A stretch of DNA of 39,001 bases from Octopus sinensis (GCF_006345805.1 NW_021835564.1:1-39001), one strand, 5' to 3'. Positions 11,842-23,718 are shown, counted from the stretch's first letter. Made by a program: numbers and translations. Notes: a model not told the origin generated them from the sequence alone.

Positions 11842-12247
11842 TTTTTCGGTTTGAACGGCAGTTTTTTCTAGCGGTGTCATATGAAATTGTCACCCATAAT
11901 TATGAACGTAGTATCGATCTATTGCATTTCTATCTACTTTAGGGTTAGGGGTGGGGAGAAGGATATCTTTTTTTCTTCACAAATGTAAATAAACCCAATC
12001 TGTTTCTTAAACGAGGGACATATTCAAACGGTACAGAATGCTTTTTACCTCAATAGACGTCACTGATTGGTTGAAATTTCAGAAATTGAAGAAAAAAAAC
12101 AGCAAATATCTTACAAACTAGAATTTTCTCAATAAAACCAAGAGAAAAAGATGTTTTATAAATACATTCTACCAGTATACGAAGTTTAAAAGTGTTTAAT
12201 TACGTGGAAATTATTTTAAAAAACTGCCGTTCAAACCGAAAAGATCC
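11842..12247 (+). mobile_element. Non-autonomous DNA element (MITE) with 28-bp TIR GGATCTTTTCGGTTTGAACGGCAGTTTT
   Basis: The left TIR is slightly truncated; the right TIR AAAACTGCCGTTCAAACCGAAAAGATCC ends at 12247; internal TAGGGTTAGGGG. The superfamily cannot be assigned because no consistent TSD is visible. Confidence 0.8.
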
Positions 12248-12400
12248 ATGAAATGTACTGGGATCGATTCTTTCGACTAAAAATTCTTCAAGGAGTGTCC
12301 CAGTACGGCTGTAGTCCAATGACTGAAACAAGTAAAAGGTGAAACGATTAAAATACTAGATGCAAGAAGCATGAGTGAATATTCAATGAATTTTTTATTT

Positions 12401-13756
12401 TCATCATCATCATCATCATCGTTTAACGTCCGTTCTCCATGCTAGCATGGGTTGGACGGTTCGACCGGGGATCTGGGAAGCCAGAAGGCTGCACCAGGCT
12501 CCAGTCTTATCTGGCAATGTTTCTACAGCTGGATGCCCTTCCTAACGCCAACCACTCCGTGAGTGTAGTGGGTGCTTTTTACGTGCCACCTGCACAGGTG
12601 CCAGGCAAGGCTGGCAACGGCCACGGTCGGATTGGTGTATTTTATGTGCCACCGGCACGGAAGCCAGTCGAGGCGGCGCTGGCATCGGCCACGAGTCGGA
12701 TAGTGCTTTTTACGTACCACCAGACCAGGGATCCTGGCTGGTTCAATTCGATTTCGCTTGCCCCAACATGTCTTCGCAAGCAAAGAGGGTTGGCATGGGT
12801 GCCTGTCGTACGGTCGGATTGGTGTATTTTATGTCCCACTGGCACGGAAGCCAGTCGAGGCGGCGCTGGCATCGGCCACGAGTCGGATAGTGCTTTTTAC
12901 GTACCACCAGACCAGGGATCCTGGCTGGTTCAATTCGATTTCGCTTGCCCCAACATGTCTTCGCAAGCAAAGAGGGTTGGCATGGGTGCCTGTCGTACGG
13001 TCGGATTGGTGTATTTTATGTGCCACTGGCACGGAAGCCAGTCGAGGCGGCGCTGGCATCGGCCACGAGTCGGATAGTGCTTTTTACGTACCACCAGACC
13101 AGGGATCCTGGCTGGTTCAATTCGATTTCGTTTTCGCTTTCGCTTGCCCCAACATGTCTTCGCAAGCAAAGGGGGTTGGCATGGGTGCCTGTCGTCGGAT
13201 GAGGTTCTATATCGACTTCGCTTGCCTCAACAGGTCTTTGTGTCCAAGGGAGGAAAGGCATTCATAAGTGGGCTGGGCTCACTTGTCCTGCCTGGTCTTC
13301 TCACGTACAGCATATTTCCAAAGGTCTTGGTCGCTGGTCATTTCCTCAGTGAGGCCTAAAGGTCGTGCTTCACCACCTCGTCCCAGGTTTTCCTGGGTCT
13401 ACCTCTTCCACGGGTTCCCTCAACTGCTAGGGATTGGCACTTTCTCACACACCTATCTTCATCCATTCTCGCCACATGACCATACCAGCGCAATCGTCTC
13501 TCTTGCACACCACAACTGATGCTTCTTAGGTACAACATTTCTCTCAAGGTACTAACGCTCTGTCGAGTATGTACACTGACATTACACATCCATCGGAGCA
13601 TACTGGCCTCATTCCTCACGAGCTTATGCATGTCCTCAGCAGTCACGGCCCATGTTTCACTGCCATGTAGCATGGCTGTTCGTACACATGCATCATACAG
13701 TCTGCCTTTTACTCTGAGCGAGAGGCCTTTAGTCACCAGCAGAGGTAAGAGCTCCC
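12401..13756 (-). mobile_element. 5'-truncated RTE-clade LINE
   Basis: ORF 13356..13736 (KGRLYDACVRTAMLHGSETW...RRLRWYGHVARM...GTRGRGRPRKTW) is the RTE ORF2 C-terminus. It has a (GAT)n 3' tail, and its 3' UTR holds 3 x 187-bp repeats. Confidence 0.92.
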
Positions 13757-14079
13757 ACGGGAATATAACTAGGTTTAAACACGTTTTGAACTTCTGACGA
13801 TGCTATCTCTCCATGACGTGACTAATTCTGAGTACTTCTTCTCAATGAGGTTACAGCAAAGAATGTCATATGATTCATCTAAATATGATTCATCTAAATA
13901 CAGAACTTAGAAAAACTAATTTACATGTAACTTTTTTCAAATAATACAATCTCTTAATGACATGATACTAAATATAACACAACGTTTACCCTACCACAAC
14001 TTTGCTTTTTATCGCATTTTACCTACCACTAATTTTTTTGTTAGTAATAAACACAGTTATACACACACACACACACACA

Positions 14080-14123
<44 letters not shown>

Positions 14124-14187
14124 GTCGCCATGATAGATCGTTAGCCACTACACACATTTTTTTCTCTCCTTGTTTTTTCTGTGTCCC

Positions 14188-14221
14188 TTTCTGTAGAAGA
14201 GCGTAGGCTCGAAACGTAAAA
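14188..14221 (+). ncRNA. Hammerhead-like motif with non-canonical core
   Basis: UUU-CUGUAGAA-GAGC guag GCUC-GAAA-CG-UA-AAA. Stem II, GAAA, palindromic ACGU stem III and GUA are all present, but the core reads CUGUAGAA instead of CUGANGA. It lies in a ~190-bp microsatellite-flanked element. Confidence 0.45.
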
Positions 14222-14571
14222 AACTTTTTCTATTCCTGAGCGTTATACTAATACATCTGTTTGTTTTGTACACCACATGTCTTCGTCTTTTGTTTTTTTC
14301 GTAAACTCTCCCTATATATATATATATATATATAAATATAGGGATGGTATTATTAAAATACCATCACAAGTGGTAAGCGAATTATCAGCCGTACAGGCAA
14401 ATTAATAAAATATATACATACAGTATTAGATATGTACATATATACACAAGGGTACTACATGAGTACCTAAATCGCTAATGATAGAAGTCAAAAAATACTT
14501 CTGTACCACCGAATAGTCACAAATTCATTACAGACAAGATAGGAAAAAATATCAGTTATAAATAAATAAAT

Positions 14572-14682
<111 letters not shown>

Positions 14683-14685
14683 ATA

Positions 14686-15070
14686 GGCGCAGGAGTGGCT
14701 GTGTGGTAAGTAGCTTGCTAACCAACCACATGGTTCCAGGTTCAGTCCCACTGCGTGGCATCTTGGGCAAGTGTTTTCTACTATAGCCTCGGGCCGACTA
14801 ATGCCTTGTGAGTGAATTTGGTAGACGGAAACTGAAAGAAGCCTGTCGTGTATGTGTTTGTGTGTCGGTGTTTGTACCCCTAGCATTGCTTGACAACCGA
14901 TGCTGGTGTGTTTACGTCCCCGTCACTTAGCGGTTCGGCAAAAGAAACCGATAGAATAAGTACTGGGCTTACAAAGAATAAGTCCCGGCATCAATTTGCT
15001 CGACTAAAGGCGGTGCTCCAGCATGGCCGCAGTCAAATGACTGAAACATGTAAAAGAGTAAAAGAGAATA
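14686..15070 (+). mobile_element. SINE family A, full length
   Basis: Canonical head GGCGCAGGAGTGGCTGTGTGG and AGTAAAAG tail. Confidence 0.88.
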
Positions 15071-15681
15071 TTAATAGTGACTTGGGTTTTTTTGAGAGTA
15101 TATGATTTTGATTTGATTTTTCCAGTTTCAGCTAATGAGCTGTGGCCATGCTGGGGCACCGCCATATGTATATGCATATCATCTAAATTGCATATCATCT
15201 AAATTTCTAACCGCTGGTTTTTATCTTGTTTTCTACTGCCTTTTCATCTTTATCGTCTAATAAGATACAACCTCATTTCGGTCGGGGTTTTTTTCTGTGG
15301 CGGGAAGTTGGCGGTGGGGGGGGGAAGCTTTTATCATTTGATAATGGCTCTCTGCGCGTTACAAATACATTCATACAAGCGTTAAGCCTATTGCATTTGT
15401 TAAATTTTGTCCTTCCTCTATCGTCTTTTGTTCATCGTGTCATGTCTTAGCGAAGACATGACACGATGTAGGTAAAGAAATTTGAAAAGAATATACGAAT
15501 ATACGAAACAGGTTATTTCTCAAAAAACTATGTTACTATACACAAAATTTTATAACAATTTTCTAACATAACGACTTAAATATATTTATTAACCTTATAA
15601 TACAAGCCTTCTGTAGTTTTTTCGTTCTTTTTTACTTCTTATACATCCAACCACATGCTTTCACACAAAAACTTTCTCACC

Positions 15682-15750
<69 letters not shown>

Positions 15751-15839
15751 TATGTATGCAGTAATCTCTCATCATATCGCGGTTTATCAGTTAAGTTTAC
15801 ATCGATTCTGCCATATTGTGTTTTCCATTTATAATAAAA

Positions 15840-16555
15840 GGATCTTTTCGGTTTGAACGGCAGTTTTTTCTAGCGGTGTCATATAAAATTGTCACCCATA
15901 ATTATGATCCTAGTATCAATCCATTGCATTTCAATCTGTTTTAGGGTTAGGGTATCTTTTTTTTCTTCACAAATGTAAATAAACCCAATCTGTTTCGGAT
16001 CTTTTCCTTTTGAACGGCAGTTTTCAACACAATTTCTAGTTAACTAAACACTTTTAAACTTCATATACTGGTAGAATGTGTCAAAATAAAACATTTTTTT
16101 CTCTTGGCTTTCTTGAGAAAATTGTAATTTGTTTGTTTAACGTAGTTTAATTTTTCGAATTTTAACCAATCCTATGGCCTCTATTGAGCTAAAATCATTT
16201 GCTGCGTCTAAAACTGAGACAACATCCTGTCACTAACCCTAACTCTAACCCTAACCCTCACCCTAACCTTAGCCCTAAATTTTGGCCTTTCGTTTTTTTT
16301 CTTAATTGTTAAATTGATTTAATTGTTACGCGTGTCTAAAATTATTCGTTTTGTTTTTGTTTTGAGTTTTTGCTTTCGTTTTAGCCTTTCGTTTTTTTCT
16401 TAATTGTTATCCTTAAATTAATTTAACAATTAAGAAAAAAAAAAACCAAAGGCTAAAATGTTTTATTTCGACACATTCTACCAGTATACGAACTTTAAAA
16501 GTGTTTAGTTAACTAGATATTGTGTTGAAAACTGCCGTTCAAAAGGAAAAGATCC
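15840..16555 (+). mobile_element. Compound MITE: left part of the 28-bp-TIR element joined at 15997 to a related element with ~100-bp TIRs and degenerate (CCCTAA)n
   Basis: GGATCTTTTCGG at 15840, GGATCTTTTCCTTTTG at 15997 and its inverse ending at 16555; telomere-like hexamers at ~16233-16278; internal hairpin at ~16379-16459. Confidence 0.8.
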
Positions 16556-17095
16556 AAACACTGACTTCAGAATTCATGTAGGCATTGGGGACTTTTAGCA
16601 TATTTCTATGTGGTCCCTATAACTGAAGTTCGTTCATATACATATTCGACAACTTTATCAAATAAACCAAAGCGTCAAGTCCTATTTTATAGTTGTAAAA
16701 GAAATAGAAAAACACGAAAATATGTTCTGTAATATTTTCATTATTGAATAATTCCGAAATATGTTGAATCCTGCCACGTCCTCAAATACTAACATATTTT
16801 TGCCATCTAATCATTTATTAATTGACAGATATTGTTGCTAAAGTCCACCGCTGCAGCATAAATAAATATAGTCACAACAGGCCTTTGTGCGCGAAATCTT
16901 GTGTACTTGCCTGGTAACAGATTTAATATTAGTGGCGACATGAAAAACCACTCAGAGATGGTTGTAATCAAAATGGGTTACCCCAGGGTTTAAATGAACA
17001 AAGATAAAAAAAATTTTTTTTTTCAAAATGGAAAATAGGTGGATTGAGTTCTCATTGTATATCAAAATATACCTTATTTTCTTTTTTAAAAAAGT

Positions 17096-17470
17096 GGATC
17101 TTTTCGGTTTGAACGACAGTTTTTTCTAGCGATGTCATATGAAATTGTCACCATAACTATGATCCTAGTATCGATCTATTGCATTTCAATCTATTTTAGG
17201 GTTAGGGGTGGAGGTAAGGGTATCTTTTTTTTCTTCACAAATATAAACAAACCCAATCTGTTTCGGATCTTTTCCTTTTGAACGGCAGTTTTCAACACAA
17301 TTTCTAGTTAACTAAACACTTTTAAACTTCGTATACTGGTCGAATGTGTTTATAAAACATCTTTCTCTCTTGGCTTTCTTGAGAAAATTGTAATTTGTAA
17401 GTTTAACGTAGTTTAATTTTTCGAATTTTAACCAATCCTATGGCCTCTATTGAGCTAAAATCATTTTTTT
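17096..17470 (+). mobile_element. Second copy of the compound MITE (truncated)
   Basis: Same sequence and same internal junction (CTGTTTC|GGATC at 17265) as 15840-16200. Confidence 0.85.
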
Positions 17471-17642
17471 TTTGTATATTTTGCAGATATTTCCGGCATA
17501 TCGAATTGGAAAACAGAGAATGATGTTAGAATGGAGAGAACTTTATTATAATTTTTTCCAGGACTCTTGAGATATTTTACCCTTTTCTATTTTCTTACCA
17601 ATTTTCAATGCTGATCTCTTTCTTGGTACCAGGGTCCTCAAC

Positions 17643-18749
17643 ATGAAGCCGATTTATAAACGGATCAGTATGTTCATAATTCTGTTCTTTTTCTGTGCTG
17701 TTGCCTATTATTTTGGCTACACATCTGTTCTAACAAAAGACGGTTCCAGGAATTTGCACTTACCTGACTCCGTTCTTAAAGCATTAACTTCAAATTGGCA
17801 AAAACTTTCGCAGTCGAAATTGGTGAAACTTAACGCCACGGCATCAAAGACAATGGCTACCTCAACTAGTGAAATAGTAAAAGCCATAAAAACTGCAGCG
17901 TTATCAAAACAAATTAAAAATTCTTGTAAAAACTGCGTTCCAAACAACATTCCAATTATTGTAGAGAACCGAGATATTTGCAAACGCCACAAGGATCCGT
18001 CAATTCAGTTGGATTTGTTTGTTATAATTTTCACTCAGTTCAAATTGAAAAAGCAACGGGACACCATTCGCAACACTTGGCTGAATCACTCAAGAAATAA
18101 CACTTCGAACGTTCGTTATGCATTTGCGTTCGGTCGGCTTCCCACCGACGCAGATGACACAATGTTGTCGAAAGAAGCAAACATATACAAAGACATCGTT
18201 CAGGCGGATTTCAAGGACAGTTACCGGAATTTGACCTTTAAAACAATAACAATGCTTGGTTGGGTGAGCAGACATTGCCCTCACGTGAAACACGTGATGA
18301 AAACAGATGATGACATGTGGGTTAACATACCGAGAATAATTGAAACATTCAAAGAGCAACCCCTACATAAGACTGTTGCCGGCTGCTGTCCTTTGTCGGC
18401 GGGCCCTATACGTTCTAAAGAGTCCAAATGGTACGTTTCCTATGAAGAATACTCCAGAGACTCATATCCTGGCTTCTGTTCAGGAACTGGGTACGTGATG
18501 GATTTATATACTGCCACTAACATTCACAATGTCTCAGTATACGTGCCTTTTCTCTATTTAGAAGATGTGTACATATCTTTGTGTATAGAGTATCTGGGAA
18601 ACGGTTTTCATTTACAGCCAATTCATGGGTTTTATAATTCTAGATACAATACAAACAATTTGTGTGATTTCCGTACGTCGGTATTAACCAGTCATTATAT
18701 GTCCATAAATGCAATACAAGACATATGGAATGCTAAATGTAAGAGATAG
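17643..18749 (+). CDS. B3GALT1-like: Beta-1,3-galactosyltransferase (GT31 family, B3GALT1-like), single coding exon, 368 aa
   Basis: N-terminal type II TM segment; GT31 motifs RDTIRNTW, DIVQADFKDSYRNLTFKT, MKTDDDMWVN (DxD), YPGFCSGTGYVM and EDVYI. Possible 5' UTR splice acceptors at 17488 and 17561. Confidence 0.95.
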   Translation: MKPIYKRISMFIILFFFCAVAYYFGYTSVLTKDGSRNLHLPDSVLKALTSNWQKLSQSKLVKLNATASKTMATSTSEIVKAIKTAALSKQIKNSCKNCVPNNIPIIVENRDICKRHKDPSIQLDLFVIIFTQFKLKKQRDTIRNTWLNHSRNNTSNVRYAFAFGRLPTDADDTMLSKEANIYKDIVQADFKDSYRNLTFKTITMLGWVSRHCPHVKHVMKTDDDMWVNIPRIIETFKEQPLHKTVAGCCPLSAGPIRSKESKWYVSYEEYSRDSYPGFCSGTGYVMDLYTATNIHNVSVYVPFLYLEDVYISLCIEYLGNGFHLQPIHGFYNSRYNTNNLCDFRTSVLTSHYMSINAIQDIWNAKCKR

Positions 18750-19358
18750 AGAGAGTTGTGTGTGTGTGTGTGTGTGTGTATGTGTGTTTGGAGAGGTCTT
18801 GCATTGGTTTTTTTTTTTTAAATTGGAATCTAGGACATTGTGATTTTAATTTCAGACAAAGAATCGGACAGGTACAGTATAAACGAAATCGTTTCATTTC
18901 TTTAATCAGATATTCTCATTATTTCTCAAATTATCTCAAACATGAAATTGTTTGAAATTCTGTGATTATTATTTACCAGACACAAAAGAGAAAAAGAAAA
19001 AAAAAAAAAAACAATAATAGAAACGCCGAAAGTAACCGTGGGCGCAAACTGATGGTAAATTTCTGACAACGTTCGTGGTGAGAACACTAGCACCATGACC
19101 CCTCTCGAATAAAAAAATAAAAGAGGGATTGTTTAAAACGTGTTTTGCATAAAAGGGTCGTGAGTGGTTAACGTCTAGCTATCATCTTTCTCTCGAAAAA
19201 TGTTAATCCCCGCTTAATTAAATTCGTACGCATATCTGGATGTATGTACATGCGTATTGCTGTGATCTGCTGCCATAGAGGGTGGTAAGTGAAAAGTGAT
19301 AGAAGAAATTAGGTCTCTTGTAATTGCAAATATAGGTCATGAAATAATCCTTTCCACT

Positions 19359-19522
19359 TTAGGCACAAGGCCTGAAATTTTGGGAGAAGGGGATAAGTCG
19401 ATTACATCGACCCCAGTGTTTAACTGGTACTTAATTTTATCGACCCCGAAAGGATGAAAGGGAAAGTCGACCTCGGCGGAATTTGAACTCGGAAGGTAGC
19501 GACGGACGAAATACTGCTAAGC
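19359..19522 (-). mobile_element. SINE family B fragment
   Basis: Reverse complement of CTTTCATCCTTTCGGGGTCGATAAAATTAAGTACCAG. Confidence 0.8.
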
Positions 19523-19534
19523 CCGGACCGGACC

Positions 19535-19598
19535 GGGAATTGAACTTGCTACCTCATGATTGTGAGCCCCAACGCTCTAACCACTGAGCCATGCATCT
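19535..19598 (-). mobile_element. Truncated tRNA-derived SINE head
   Basis: Minus strand GATGCATGGCTCAGTGGTTAGAGCG...AAGTTCAATTCCCGG (A and B boxes). Confidence 0.65.
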
Positions 19599-19621
19599 TC
19601 ATCTTATTAATAATACATATA

Positions 19622-19792
19622 GGCGCAGGAGTGGCTGTGTGGTAAGTAGCTTGCTAACCAACCACATGGTTCCGGGTTCAGTCCCACTGCGTGGCATCTT
19701 GGGTAAGTGTCTTCTGCTATAGCCCCAGGCCGACCAATGCCTTGTGAGTGGATTTGGTAGACGGAAACTGAAAGAAGCCTGTCGTATATATG

Positions 19793-19825
<33 letters not shown>

Positions 19826-20030
19826 CTGTGTTTGTCCCCCTAGCATTGCTTGACAACCAATGCTGGTGTGTTTATGTCCCCCGTCACTTAGCAGTTCGGC
19901 AAAAGAGACCGATAGAATAAGTACTGGGCTTACAAAGAATAAGTCCCGGGGTCGATTTGCTCGGCTAAATGCGGTGCTCCAGCATGGCCACAGTCAAATG
20001 ACTGAAACAAGTAAAAGAGTAAAAGAGAGT
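19622..20030 (+). mobile_element. SINE family A, full length
   Basis: Canonical head and tail. Confidence 0.88.
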
Positions 20031-20419
20031 ATATATGAATATCTATTTGTCTATAAACACACACACACGAGAGAAAACGGTAATTACAGCTGGAATGGTT
20101 AGTCCTTATTGAGCGTACCTCAGGCTAAACATTTCTAGGAGAATTAATTGTTTTCACCATGTAAATTACACCCCATTTGAGGGCTTCCGCATAGTTTCAA
20201 TCAATCCGATTTCACTCGACTTAAGACTACAGGAAAAGAAAATTGATCCGACAAGCTAACCTATGGGATTTCTAAATGCTAAGCACACTTCTTAACTATT
20301 TGGCCATGCTGGGTCTATGGCTATCTGTACAGAGATAGAATTTAAATAGAGGTGATATGCATCAGCGGTTCAAACCATAATCAAGGGAGACTACTCGAAA
20401 ACAATTTATTTGCCTCGAC

Positions 20420-20677
20420 TGGCCGCCGTGCAGGTGGCACGTAAAATGCACCAATCCGACCGTGGCCGATGCCAGCCTCGCCTGGCTCCAGTGCAGGTGG
20501 CACGTAAAAAGCACCCACTACACTCACGGAGTGGTTGGTGTTAGGAAGGGCATCCAGCTGTAGAAACATTGCCAGATAAGACCGGAGCCTGGTGCAGCCT
20601 CCTGGCTTTCCAGATCCCCAGTCGAACTGTCCAACCCATGCTAGCATGGAGAACGGACGTTAAACGATGATGATGAT
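20420..20677 (+). mobile_element. RTE LINE 3' tail fragment
   Basis: Same tail as 12401-12620, ending AAACGATGATGATGAT. Confidence 0.8.
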
Positions 20678-20691
20678 ATAGGCATTATCAA

Positions 20692-21235
20692 TGGAGGCTC
20701 AATGGCCCAGTGGTTAGGGCAGCGGACTCGCGGTCGTAGAATCGCGGGTTTGATCCCCAGACCGGGCGTTGTGTGTGTTTATTGAACGAAAATACCTAAA
20801 GCTCCACAAGGCTGTGGCAGGGCGTGGAGGTGATCCCTGCTATACTCTTTCGCCACAACTTTCTCTCACTCTTTCTTCTGTTGGCCTGCTCGCTTAGCCA
20901 GCGGGGTGTCGTCGTTTGAAGGCTAAAAACAATGCGAAGCGCATTGTGACCAGCGATGTGTAGCAACATCTGATAGCCTGGGCGGTCATGATAATATATG
21001 TATGTATGTATGTGTGGAGATGCAATGGCCCCGTGGTTTGGGCAGTGGACTCGCGGTTTCGATTCCCAGACCGGGCGTTGTGAGTGTTTATTGAGCAAAA
21101 ACACTTAAAGCTCCACGAGGCTCCGGCAGGCCGGGCGAAAGACTTAGCAGCATTTCGTCCATCGCTACGTTGTGTGTTCAAATTCCGCTGAGGTCGATTT
21201 TACCTATCATCCTTTTGGGGTCGATAAATTAAAAC
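20692..21235 (+). mobile_element. Cluster of SINE family C and B fragments
   Basis: Two family C heads (~20692 and ~21017) followed by a family B central-domain fragment (~21130-21235). Confidence 0.7.
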
Positions 21236-22319
21236 AATTTCTCTCACCGTTCGTGCAGTTCTTTTTCCAATCCCAGTTTAAGTGTTCGGGTCTTCTTAAC
21301 ACCTTCTTAGCTGCTAAGAGTATGAAATCTGAGTTCAAATCTGTTAGTATATATATATATATGTTTTTTACAGTAAAGGACCAAGTTTTGATTGGTTATA
21401 ATTTTGATGACGTCTTTTTGTTTTGGCAAAGTCTAGCCGTTTTGTTTGGTTGGCTTCCTGGTGATCTCCATTCCTTGCTGACTACGGCGAAGGAACAACT
21501 TCTGATTGGTTGCAGGTTTCGTGACGTCACTTATTTTGACCAAAAATATTTTCTGTTTTGGACAAAATATTTGTCTTGGCAAAGTTCAGCGTCTGCTTGG
21601 TTGACTTCCTTGGTAGGGGACTCTGTAACTTTCCTATCATAAATGGGGCTAGCATCGTAAAGTTCAGGTAAGATTTACGGCTAGTCGGCTTCAGTTCCTG
21701 CTAATATTTCCGTCACATCTCCCCTATTTCGTTTACTCCCTTGCAAAAACGAATAAAAAAAAAAGAATATAAAAATGAACATTAATCACTTTAATCTTTA
21801 TTCCTCGCCCACATAAATGCAAGGCCTGTTTGTTTGTATATATAAATTGATATTTTTATTCAAAATAATCTGATTTACATTCTTTTTTCCCAATTTTTAC
21901 AAAAATATTTTCATTGTATTTGGTTGTTTTCACCGTTTTTCTTTCATTAATGCAGTCGTTTGCAGACTATTATGATTGGTTGCTGCTGTTATCACGTGCT
22001 CAGTTTGATTCAAAAGGATCGTATGTAATATATTTGAGGATTGACGAAAAATAAATGGCTGCCAATTTTCATGTTTATCATTTAGTACTTTTCATTTTCC
22101 GTCTGAACGCCCATCAGTATCATCGACTTTGCGTTTTATTCACTCGGAGTCGATTTAACAAGTTTCAGTCAAATACTTGGGTGGAAGCATTCTCTCAATT
22201 AAATTCTGCCCACAAAATGTCTGACCTTGTACCAAGCTCAGTTCTTTTGTCAAAAAGAGAATGTATCCATCCTGTGGTGTGGTTGTGGATTTAGTTTAGA
22301 CCGGGGCTTCACAAAATAG

Positions 22320-22617
22320 GTCCATATAGAGACTAAAGGGCGAATAAAATTTTGGTAGGAGTGAAAAGAAGTTTAGGGAACCATAAAGAATGAATTTATT
22401 AGCTTGAATCTCATAAAGTGGGTTCATATAAATTTTAAGGAGTGAATAAAATTTTGCTAGGAGTGAAAAGAAGTTTAGGGAACCATAAATAATGAATTTA
22501 TTAGCTTGAATCTCATAAAGTGGGTTCATATAAATTCTAAGGGGTGAATAAAATTTTGGTAGGAGTGAAAAGAAGTTTAGTGGCCCATAAGAAGTGAATT
22601 TACTAGTTTGAATTTAG
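22320..22617. repeat. 102-bp tandem repeat, about 3 units
   Basis: GAATAAAATTTTG at 22342, 22444 and 22546. Confidence 0.9.
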
Positions 22618-22992
22618 AAATCGTTTTATAGGTTTTCCAAGTTTGTATCTGGTAGAATCCGGATGCGTTATTTATTAAGCAAAACACCATGAACACAAAA
22701 CACGGGCGCAATCCTCTACCCTTAATATCCGTGATCTCTGTGTTAACTTAACATTTCAACCATGAAAAATAATTCAGCTATTAAAGATGCACTTGCATTT
22801 ATGGTTCGCTGATTTTAACTTTGATTTTTTTTTTATATCTTACAATCATGAGATCATACCCTAATCTTTGGGCCACTCACCTCCTTAACAACCAGTCAAA
22901 TGCAGGATCAGTATAATTGTCTAACTTCCCTCCACTATGCACCTAATACAAAGAGAAATTTGCTGGGCTTGTGTTTAAACTGGAAATAACTA

Positions 22993-23227
22993 TTGGGTTG
23001 GTGCCTAATTATTGCGGCTTTTTTTTCAACAAATTTTATTCACCAAAAACAATAAAAGCATGTAACAAAAACATCTTTAAATGATTATTCCGGAGCATAT
23101 TCACCATCCACTTCAATTACTGTTTCCCATTTGCTTGGCAGACGGTCAGACCATCATTTAAAGATGTTTTCGTTAAATATTGTTATTGTTTTTGTTGAAA
23201 AAAAAGCCGCCATAATTATGTACCAAC

Positions 23228-23231
<4 letters not shown>
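22993..23231. mobile_element. Mariner-derived MITE
   Basis: TA-flanked TIR TTGGGTTGGTGCCTAATTATTGCGGC resembles Hsmar1/MADE1-type ends. The minus strand retains the transposase C-terminus RLPSKWETVIEVDGEYAPE*. Confidence 0.85.
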
Positions 23232-23306
<75 letters not shown>

Positions 23307-23325
23307 ATGTATGTGTGTGTGTGTG

Positions 23326-23546
23326 TGGTGCATAATTATTGCAGCATTTTTTCAACAAAGTTTATCCAACAATAACATATAACAAAAATATCTTTAAATG
23401 ATTATTCCAGAGCATATTCCCCATCTACTTCAATTACTGCTTCCCATTTGCTTGGCAGACAGTCAGACCATCATTTAAAGATGTTTTCGTTAAATATTAT
23501 TATTGTTGAAGAAAAAAAAAACCGCAATAATTATGCACTAATCCAA
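23326..23546. mobile_element. Second copy of the mariner-derived MITE
   Basis: Same internal sequence and TIRs; separated from the first copy by a (TA)n/(TG)n tract. Confidence 0.8.
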
Positions 23547-23677
23547 TATTAAGCCGGTTAGTGGAGAAACAGAATCATTAGAACGGCGTAAAATAAAATA
23601 TATTTCTTGTATTTTTGAGAGGAAGAACTTTACACTCTATCAATCGGAGTGGTGTCTGCACCTTGGTGGTTGCTTTT

Positions 23678-23718
23678 CACTACGTTTTGGGTGTGTACAC
23701 TCGAGCCTTCTTCAGGTA
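23678..23718 (-). ncRNA. Degenerate hammerhead-like motif
   Basis: Minus strand: UAC-CUGAAGA-aGG..CC c-AAAA(G12>A)-CG-UA-GUG; ACGU palindromic stem III; stem I is only 3 bp. Confidence 0.4.

Noticed and set aside
12439-13267. ORFs of 169-212 aa over the 187-bp repeats
   Set aside because: They lie antisense to or within an RTE 3' UTR, recur in several frames and have no recognisable domain.
13794-13800. CTGACGA as a hammerhead core
   Set aside because: No stem II or GAAA follows.
14341-14540. Hairpin-rich TA-flanked island as a ribozyme
   Set aside because: It has several short stems (GATGGTATT/AATACCATC, GGTACT/AGTACC, AGAAGT/ACTTCT) but no complete catalytic core on either strand.
16233-16278. 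Interstitial telomere remnant
   Set aside because: The degenerate (CCCTAA)n lies inside a MITE family that carries such hexamers in several copies in this window.
21172-21642. 156-aa ORF and nearby CCAAT/CRE motifs as a gene or promoter
   Set aside because: The ORF has a non-ATG start and no recognisable protein. ATTGG and TGACGTCA motifs also occur within repeats here, so they are not diagnostic.
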